This document shows positions 57,171 to 64,000 of a DNA stretch of 64,000 nucleotides, one piece after another. The notes under the pieces were generated by a model. That model was not told where the DNA came from. It did no database searches and worked only from the letters and a program-made list of their open reading frames with translations. The stretch covers positions 608,001 through 672,000 of the forward strand of contig CAWBCJ010000029.1 in NCBI GenBank assembly GCA_963787255.1, given 5' to 3'. A program made the position numbers and the translations under genes. Position 1 is the first letter of the stretch; each line of letters begins with the position of its first letter. Source of the DNA: Methanobacteriota archaeon (lineage in GTDB: Archaea > Methanobacteriota > Methanobacteria > Methanobacteriales > Methanobacteriaceae).

Positions 57171-57965
57171 ATGAAAAAACAGGGAAAAATTATAATTTTA
57201 GTAGCATCATTGATTATTTTACTTTCTACAGTTGCAGTGTTTTCATTTTTCCCGCAACTAACAAATACAGATTTTAAATTTATGGATAACGGAGCTACTA
57301 ATAATACAAATTCAGATAACTTAAATAAAACAAGTAATGAATCAGGACAGGGTACAGTTACCCCAGAAAGGACTTCCAGCCCTTCTAACAATATACTTGG
57401 AACTAGGGAGTATGGAATGGTTGTAAAAGAAGGACCTTATGGTAATAAGAATTCTGCTATAAAAGTGGCTTATATAGTTGGAGTACATCCCTTGGAGTCC
57501 AATGCTCATAGAGCTGCCATTGAATCAATTAAAAGTGATGATAATTCCTTAAAAAAATGTTATTACATATATAATGTTGTAGTTACTCAAAATGCAAACG
57601 ATTACAATAAAGGACGAATGAATGGCCAATTGCTGGCTAATGCATTTATTGTGCCAGACATTAAAAGCCAGGGCTTCCAGCTTGCAGTGGATGTACACTC
57701 TAACAGAGGAAATTATGGGGAAAATAGATTTGTATTCGCTCCTGTTCAAGGAGGTAAGTCTGAATCCATTGCACGAAACGTTGTAAACAGTATTCCCGGA
57801 TTAGCATATCACGTTCCTTTCTCACAGACAAGTCCGCAATATGTGACTATTCCTCTTATTAACGCAGGAACACCAGCCATCATCTTTGAAACGCTTATTA
57901 ATGAGCCTTACAGCACAACAAAAAGCTATGTTGACAGATTAGTTCGGGCAGTGGATAATATATGA
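57171..57965 (+). CDS. Membrane-anchored protein with an M14/AstE-like zinc peptidase pattern
   Basis: N-terminal TM helix, N/S/T-rich linker, IVGVHPLE (HxxE), VDVHS, PAIIFE. Confidence 0.65.
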   Translation: MKKQGKIIILVASLIILLSTVAVFSFFPQLTNTDFKFMDNGATNNTNSDNLNKTSNESGQGTVTPERTSSPSNNILGTREYGMVVKEGPYGNKNSAIKVAYIVGVHPLESNAHRAAIESIKSDDNSLKKCYYIYNVVVTQNANDYNKGRMNGQLLANAFIVPDIKSQGFQLAVDVHSNRGNYGENRFVFAPVQGGKSESIARNVVNSIPGLAYHVPFSQTSPQYVTIPLINAGTPAIIFETLINEPYSTTKSYVDRLVRAVDNI

Positions 57966-58037
57966 TCAAAAAATTTTGAAGTCTTAATATTCCAATTAGT
58001 TTTTTTGCACCTCCAATGAAAAAAAAATAAATTAGTT

Positions 58038-58844
58038 TTAATTTTTCTTTTTTAATTTAATTAAAATGATCTCTGGAGGTGCAAAAATCCTTAAAGGTGC
58101 TATAATGGTTCCGATACCATTACTTATCACTAAAGTTGTGTTGTCTAACTTTTTTACTCCAGTTAAGTACTGCTGCCCGTATTTAGAGTGTGTAATTGGC
58201 GCCCATAATCCCAATAAAGTAATTTGTCCACCGTGTGTATGCCCTGAAAGCATTAAATCAACTCTTGATTTATCTACTTCTGGAAAATAGTCAGGATTGT
58301 GGGATACAAGTATTACAAAGTCATTTTTATCTGCATCACCTATTGCCATGCTCTGGTCTTGGGAATCCCGTATATAATCTCCCACACCACCAGCACGGAT
58401 TTTTGCACTATTATTTTTAATCTATAACCCTTTATTTCCGATGTATGTTATATTTGCATTTTTCATGGCAATAATTGATAATTCAGGAGGATCATTATTT
58501 CATAAAACTCCATAAACGCCTAGAGGAGCTTTTAATTTTGATAATTTATTAAAGCAAGAATTTACTTCAGGCGAATCATCACTTACATAATCCCCTCCAA
58601 GAAGGATCATGTCTGGATTTAGTTCATTCACTTGGCTAACCAGATCTTCTGTTCGGCGATCATTAAAAAATAAGCTTTGATGAATATCAGTTATAAAAAC
58701 AATTTTCTTACCGTCAAAATCTGTGGGAATGTCATTTGATTCTATAATTATTTCTTTTGTTTGAATAAAGTAAGGTTCCATTAAACCATAAATTAAAAAT
58801 GTAATCATAATAATTATGAGAGCTGTAATGATTTTTTTGAGCAT
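58038..58844 (-). pseudogene. YkuE-like calcineurin-type metallophosphoesterase with two in-frame stops
   Basis: TDIH, GGDY, GVL*NND (TGA at 58502-58500), GL*I (TAG at 58424-58422), SHNPD, SGHTHGGQ, SNGIG, all in one frame. Confidence 0.82.
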
Positions 58845-59005
58845 ATCTTATCCCTTACTTATTTTCACTGTTTGGCATCTTCATCAAAATTATAAATTAA
58901 TTCATAAATCATTATAAAAGACTCTAATTTCATGAATATTTATATAATATTTTCTATTAATTGAAAATATTCATATTATTTAAAACATATTAATTTTAGA
59001 AAAGC

Positions 59006-59377
59006 ATGAATAACAGGAATTCAGGAAATAAAAGTAAAGATTCTAATAAAAAGTATAAAAAATCATTAATATGTCATAGAAGACCTGATAGGACATTTAA
59101 AATTAAGGATTATTATTTTCCAGTTTGTTCAAGATGCACAGGAATATATATTGGCGCGATTTCATTTTTTGTTTATTCCTATATATTTGAAGTAGATTAT
59201 AGCATATTTACACTTTTAACCTCTGTTTTAATATTAATTCTTGCATTTTTGGATGCATTAACTCAATATTATAGTATTAGAAATAGTAATAACACAATAC
59301 GATTCGTTACAGGCCTAATTGCAGGAATTGGAGTTATTATTTTCATTAAATCATTAAAATTTGTTTCAATTGGTTAA
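59006..59377 (+). CDS. DUF2085 family membrane protein
   Basis: CHRRPDRTF...PVCSRCTGIY...D..TQ...R.SNN..R..TG. Confidence 0.85.
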   Translation: MNNRNSGNKSKDSNKKYKKSLICHRRPDRTFKIKDYYFPVCSRCTGIYIGAISFFVYSYIFEVDYSIFTLLTSVLILILAFLDALTQYYSIRNSNNTIRFVTGLIAGIGVIIFIKSLKFVSIG

Positions 59378-59454
59378 TGTAACTTTTTTTTGTTAATAAA
59401 AAATTTTTCTTGTTTAAAAAATAAAGATATATATTAGTTTTAGAGGTAGTACAA

Positions 59455-59874
59455 ATGTTTGGAATGACAAAAAAACAGTTTTTAAAGAGAAGTAAAAAAA
59501 CTTTGAATCAAACTGGTGGTTTGCTTCTTTTAATTAGAGGAATAATGGATAAAGAAAGTAGCGGAAATATCAATAATGAAGAGATCTCTAAACAAATTGA
59601 TAGTATCCGGAAAAACATAGAATCTATTTTTTTTGAATTTGAAAAAATAAATCCTCCCTCTAAATATGTTACAATGCATTTGAGGATTTTAAGGGCGCTA
59701 GTTGATCTGCAGGAAGTTGTAACTTTGAATTCTGAATATTTATCTGCCGCTAAAGATGGTTTAGAAGAAAAAGCGAAGGATAAATTAAAAGAATCCCGAA
59801 ATCGGCTGGAAAAATTCAGAAAAGAGTTCCATAGCATAGCTAATGAGGTCAACACTCTTTTACTAGAAAAATGA
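59455..59874 (+). CDS. Hypothetical helical protein
   Basis: 139-aa ORF with a GAGGT RBS. Confidence 0.65.
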   Translation: MFGMTKKQFLKRSKKTLNQTGGLLLLIRGIMDKESSGNINNEEISKQIDSIRKNIESIFFEFEKINPPSKYVTMHLRILRALVDLQEVVTLNSEYLSAAKDGLEEKAKDKLKESRNRLEKFRKEFHSIANEVNTLLLEK

Positions 59875-60117
59875 CTGTTTTTATGATTACATGATATAAG
59901 GCTTTCTATTTAAGTGGAATAGTAAATTATGGTATTATTAAAATTTAAATGAATTATAAGAAATAGATGTAATACCAGAAAAGGCGTATTTGCAGCTAAT
60001 AATATGATGAAAACTCTTTCAAAGCCTTAAAATTAAAATATCAGCATTAAATTTAAGAATAACTCAACTGACAGCGAATTCAGTCATTTTCATTATTACA
60101 AATTATGAAATTGGGAA

Positions 60118-60777
60118 TTGGTGCAGATGTTAAGAGATCTTTTAATTAACAAGGAATTATTTGATAAAATCAGAGAAAAAGCTTTAAAGGAATGGGAAGA
60201 AGATGATGCACTCCTAAAAGTGGAAGCACTGGAAAAGAGGGTCTTTAAGAAACTAAGAAAGAAGAGATCACTTAAAAAACTAAAAAAAATAGGAATTAAA
60301 AAAACAGATCTTAAACAAATAATAGAACTTTCAGATATTGTAAGTTTAGAGCTATTTGGAGATCTTTCTGATTATCAGATTACAGAAGAACACCCCGAAT
60401 GGTGTAGTCACTGTGGCACCTGCTGCACTCAATCGTCTCCAATATTTATTCATAGAGATGAAATAAATCCCATACTTCTTTTTAGTCCCAATTTAAAAGG
60501 GGAAATAGTAAAAAATAAGGATTATCCTGAGCACTTCATGTTTAAAGAGGATTTACCCTGTAAATTCCATAATTCGGAGACTAAAAGGTGCAAAATATAT
60601 GATGTCAGGCCGCAAGTTTGTAGAACTTATCCTTTAGTCTTGATTGGGGATGATAAGCCACGTTATATTATTGATTTACGTCATAAATGTGATTATTCAA
60701 CGAGGATAGTATTAGAAAAAGCTATAATATTGTTTGACGAGGCAGTAAAGCGTCTTGAAAGGGTCAATAAAAAATAA
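60118..60777 (+). CDS. YkgJ family cysteine-cluster protein
   Basis: CSHCGTCC, PCKF...CKIYDVRPQVCRTYP. Confidence 0.88.
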   Translation: MVQMLRDLLINKELFDKIREKALKEWEEDDALLKVEALEKRVFKKLRKKRSLKKLKKIGIKKTDLKQIIELSDIVSLELFGDLSDYQITEEHPEWCSHCGTCCTQSSPIFIHRDEINPILLFSPNLKGEIVKNKDYPEHFMFKEDLPCKFHNSETKRCKIYDVRPQVCRTYPLVLIGDDKPRYIIDLRHKCDYSTRIVLEKAIILFDEAVKRLERVNKK

Positions 60778-60792
60778 AATAACTGATTAAAA

Positions 60793-61899
60793 TTAATTTA
60801 AACTCTCACACAGCTCAACAGCTTTCTTTGCAGCGGCTTCCATTGAGGTTTCATAGGAAACGCCCGCTTCAGTTAAAATACGCTGTCCTTCTTCTTCATT
60901 AGTGCCAGTAAGCCTTATAACAAGTGGAACTTTACGTTCAGCACCATTTAAAACATCTATAACTCCGTTTGCGACATCATCTGCACGAGTTATCCCACCA
61001 AGCACGTTTAAAAAGATTACTTTAACATTGGGTTCGTTGAGTACAAGATTTAATGCCTTGGCGATATTTTCCTGGGATGAACCACCACCGATATCTAAAA
61101 ATGTGGCTGGTTTCCCACCATATAGGTTAATCATGTCCATTCCAGTTAAAGTAAGCCCTGCACCGTTTCCTATAACTGCAATGTCGCCGTCAAGGGTTAC
61201 ATATGCAAATTCATCTTTCCTGGCTTCTTCAAGCTCTGCAAACTCTTTATGTCTCCACAGCGAATCATCGTCAATTTCAAGCTTTGCATCAGCTGCAATA
61301 AGTCCTTCAGGAGTTAAAACAAGTGGATTTATTTCGGCTATGGTAGCGTCATATTTTTGAAATACATTGAACAATTTCCAAATGAATCCGCCCATTTGTG
61401 AAATCATTTGGTTTGAAACTCCCATTTTTCTGGCTATTTCACGTGCTTCGTAAGGCATAAATACTTCCAAAGGATTTACATGACATTTAACAATTTTTTC
61501 AGGAGTGTTACTTGCAACTTCCTCAATATCAACGCCTCCTTGAAGACTTGCCATTATAAGCGGTTTTTTAGCGGATCTATCCATAACAACGCTTATATAA
61601 AATTCTGATTGAATATTGATTTTTTCTTCAACAAGAACTTTATTGACCTTCTCTCCTTTAATTTCCATTCTTAAAAGCTCTTTTGCAACATTCTTAGCAT
61701 CTTTGGGAGAATTTGCAAATTTTATTCCTCCAGCTTTTCCCCTTCCACCAATAAGAACCTGAGATTTTAATGCAACTGGTTTGTTTATCTTTGCTGTGGC
61801 CTTTCGTGCCTCTTTTACATTTACTGCAACATAACTTTCTGGCACGGGAATTCCTTCCCTTTTAAATATCTCTTTCGCGCTGTATTCAAAGAATTTCAA
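60793..61899 (-). CDS. sucC: Succinyl-CoA synthetase beta subunit
   Basis: GGRGKAGG, GGVDIEE, EINPL, GNGAGL, FLDIGG, RLTGTN. Confidence 0.95.
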   Translation of the reverse strand: MKFFEYSAKEIFKREGIPVPESYVAVNVKEARKATAKINKPVALKSQVLIGGRGKAGGIKFANSPKDAKNVAKELLRMEIKGEKVNKVLVEEKINIQSEFYISVVMDRSAKKPLIMASLQGGVDIEEVASNTPEKIVKCHVNPLEVFMPYEAREIARKMGVSNQMISQMGGFIWKLFNVFQKYDATIAEINPLVLTPEGLIAADAKLEIDDDSLWRHKEFAELEEARKDEFAYVTLDGDIAVIGNGAGLTLTGMDMINLYGGKPATFLDIGGGSSQENIAKALNLVLNEPNVKVIFLNVLGGITRADDVANGVIDVLNGAERKVPLVIRLTGTNEEEGQRILTEAGVSYETSMEAAAKKAVELCESLN

Positions 61900-61902
61900 C
61901 TT

Positions 61903-62457
61903 TTAACCCCCATCTATAAGTTCCAACCCGGCTTCAAAGGCAGCAATATTTTTCTTTTCTGTTCCTGGCGGCACACTTTCAGCTATAGCATTTCTTGCAG
62001 CCTCTTCAGACACAACTCTAGTTGCCCTTGTTATGGCCCCAATCATAACAATATTGGCTACTATGCCAAGTCCAATTTTTTCAGTGGCAGTTTTTGTTGC
62101 TGGAGCTTTAAAATAATTAATATTATGTTTTTCAATAAATGGAAGTATTTCTTCTTCCTTAATCATATCCGGATCAACTATTAATATTCCACCGTCTTTC
62201 AAGTCGTCTAAATATTTTATTAATGCCTCATGGGACATGGCAACGAATATATCTGGATGCTGTACCTTTGGATAATCTATTTCACTGTCACTGATCACTA
62301 CTTCTGTCCTTGAAGCCCCTCCTCTTGCTTCTGGACCGTAAGACTGTGTTTGAACAGCAAATACATTATCATAAATGGAAGCAGCTTTACCTATGACAAT
62401 TCCGGCAAGAATTATCCCTTGTCCACCAAATCCTGCAATTCTTATATCTTTTCGCAA
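61903..62457 (-). CDS. korC: 2-oxoglutarate:ferredoxin oxidoreductase gamma subunit
   Basis: GFGGQG, QSYGPEARGG; located between korB and sucC. Confidence 0.9.
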   Translation of the reverse strand: MRKDIRIAGFGGQGIILAGIVIGKAASIYDNVFAVQTQSYGPEARGGASRTEVVISDSEIDYPKVQHPDIFVAMSHEALIKYLDDLKDGGILIVDPDMIKEEEILPFIEKHNINYFKAPATKTATEKIGLGIVANIVMIGAITRATRVVSEEAARNAIAESVPPGTEKKNIAAFEAGLELIDGG

Positions 62458-62487
62458 TTTAAACCCTCTTATGATTAGTTAAATGTA

Positions 62488-63360
62488 TTAGAATTCAGTT
62501 TTATAAGCTGATTTACGGGATGCAGGTGTTCCATTTTCGCATTGTTGATTAACCATTTCACATAGTCCTTCTGAAAACTCAAGCCTGCTTCTATCTGCAA
62601 AATCACCTACAATAATCTTTCCTTCAAGCTCTTCTTCGCTCATTGTGTCAGCTTTTCTTTTAACCACACTATTTTCTTTCATCCATTTCATCATGTCAAC
62701 TGGAGACCGCATTTTATTTTTTCGCCCAAAGTAAGTTGGACACTGGGATATAACTTCAATAAATGAAAATCCTTTATTCTGTAGGCCCTTTTTAATGGCA
62801 TTTGAAAGCTGTACTGGATGTGCAGTAGTCCATCTTGAAACGTAGCTTGCCCCCGCAGCAGTTACAAGTTCTGCTAAATCAAAAGGTGATTCAAGCGCTC
62901 CATAAGGCGCTGTACTTCCAAAACTTCCTTTTGGTGATGTAGGACTTATTTGTCCTCCGGTCATTCCGTAAATACTGTTGTTTATACAAATTACTGTAAG
63001 GTCTATGTTTCTTCTTGCACCGTGAATTAAATGATTTCCTCCAATTGCTGCAGTGTCACCGTCTCCACTTATTACTACAACATCCATTTCGGGATTTGCT
63101 AATTTAACTCCTGTTGCAAATGCAATTGGCCTTCCATGTGTGGTATGAAGTGAATCGCATCTAATGTAACCAGGTATTCTTGAGGAACATCCTATTCCTG
63201 AAACCATTGTAATGTTATCAAGGTCTTTTTCTGCCAGTTCCATGCCGTTAAAGAATGTGTTTATGACAATTCCATTTCCACATCCAGCACAAAAGATGGT
63301 AGGCATCCTTTCTCTTCTTAAATAGCTCATAAAACGATTTCCTTTCGTTTTATCATTCAT
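62488..63360 (-). CDS. korB: 2-oxoglutarate:ferredoxin oxidoreductase beta subunit
   Basis: CAGCG, SGIGCS, HGR, TPP motif GDGD...NN.IYGMTGGQ.SPT. Confidence 0.92.
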   Translation of the reverse strand: MNDKTKGNRFMSYLRRERMPTIFCAGCGNGIVINTFFNGMELAEKDLDNITMVSGIGCSSRIPGYIRCDSLHTTHGRPIAFATGVKLANPEMDVVVISGDGDTAAIGGNHLIHGARRNIDLTVICINNSIYGMTGGQISPTSPKGSFGSTAPYGALESPFDLAELVTAAGASYVSRWTTAHPVQLSNAIKKGLQNKGFSFIEVISQCPTYFGRKNKMRSPVDMMKWMKENSVVKRKADTMSEEELEGKIIVGDFADRSRLEFSEGLCEMVNQQCENGTPASRKSAYKTEF

Positions 63361-63396
63361 TTCTTCATCTCCTAATAGATTAAGTAAACAGACTGT

Positions 63397-64000
63397 TTAT
63401 TTGCATGATTCAATTTCTTTTAGAATTTCATCTGGACGGTGCATTTCTCCACCTATTTTTGGAAGTAGAGATACTTCAGCATCACATTTCGCAACTCTTT
63501 CCACTTCATGAACAATTTGACCAAGGTTCATTTCAGCAACAATAATATGATTCGCATGCTTGGCTACAGAATCTAATGACTTTATCTGGGAAAGGCCACA
63601 CAATTTCTAATTTAACATGCCCTGCCTTAATACCTTCATCACGTGCTTTTTTTACTGCAGTAATTGCAGATCGAGATGGTGCCCCGTATGATACTACAAT
63701 AACATCTGCGTCTTCGGTATAAAGCTCCTTAACTTGAGTTAATTCATCTCTATGCTTAAGTATTTTATTACACAATCTTTTAACAAGTTTTGAATGAGTT
63801 TCAGGATTTGATGCATCAGGATAACCCCTTTCATCATGAGTAAGTCCTGTAATATGCATTTTATAACCCGCTCCAAATGGTGGCATTGGTGAAACTCCAT
63901 CAGGCTCTGCCTTATATGGTAAAAACGTTTCTGGCCCTTCTTCAGGCATTTTCCGTGGAATAATATCTACAGTCTCAGGTATGACTATTTTTTCTCTCAT
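63397..64000 (-). CDS. korA: 2-oxoglutarate:ferredoxin oxidoreductase alpha subunit, 3' part, with a +1 frameshift near 63575
   Basis: TGLTHDE.G.P, SYG, WPFP, then AEMNLGQ in the next frame; gene continues beyond the window. Confidence 0.88.

Noticed and set aside
58422-58502. Selenocysteine or pyrrolysine readthrough of TGA/TAG
   Set aside because: The positions correspond to Gly and probable Trp, and no SECIS, pyl or sel genes are seen in the window

Overview
Low-GC archaeal chromosome segment, most likely from a Methanobacterium-like methanogen (Methanobacteriales). This rests on the split RNA polymerase B''/B'/A'/A'' genes, methanogenesis marker 8, SepCysS, GatDE and TYW1. The right half is core genome: the rpoH-rpoB''B'A'A''-L30e-nusA-S12-S7-EF2-EF1a-S10-tRNA-Ser operon, a Thr-Pro-Tyr-Asp-Lys tRNA cluster, pgk, tpiA and korABC-sucC. 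The left end holds an unusual repair-like cluster: family-4 UDG, DUF72, two stand-alone ATP-cone genes, an ATP-dependent ligase and a LigD-type primase-polymerase, with no Ku in the window. Also present are a Grx/FTR-rubredoxin pair, a large internally duplicated surface polysaccharide deacetylase, an accessory region with gene remnants downstream of tRNA-Ser, and a possible pseudomurein cell-wall cluster (Cys protease with an apparent AUU start and structured leader, DUF1002, Wzy/SEDS-like membrane protein, M14-like peptidase). Many single-base indels, including in gatE and korA, indicate an unpolished assembly, so frameshifts are treated as probable errors. All family assignments come from motif recognition by eye, not database searches.
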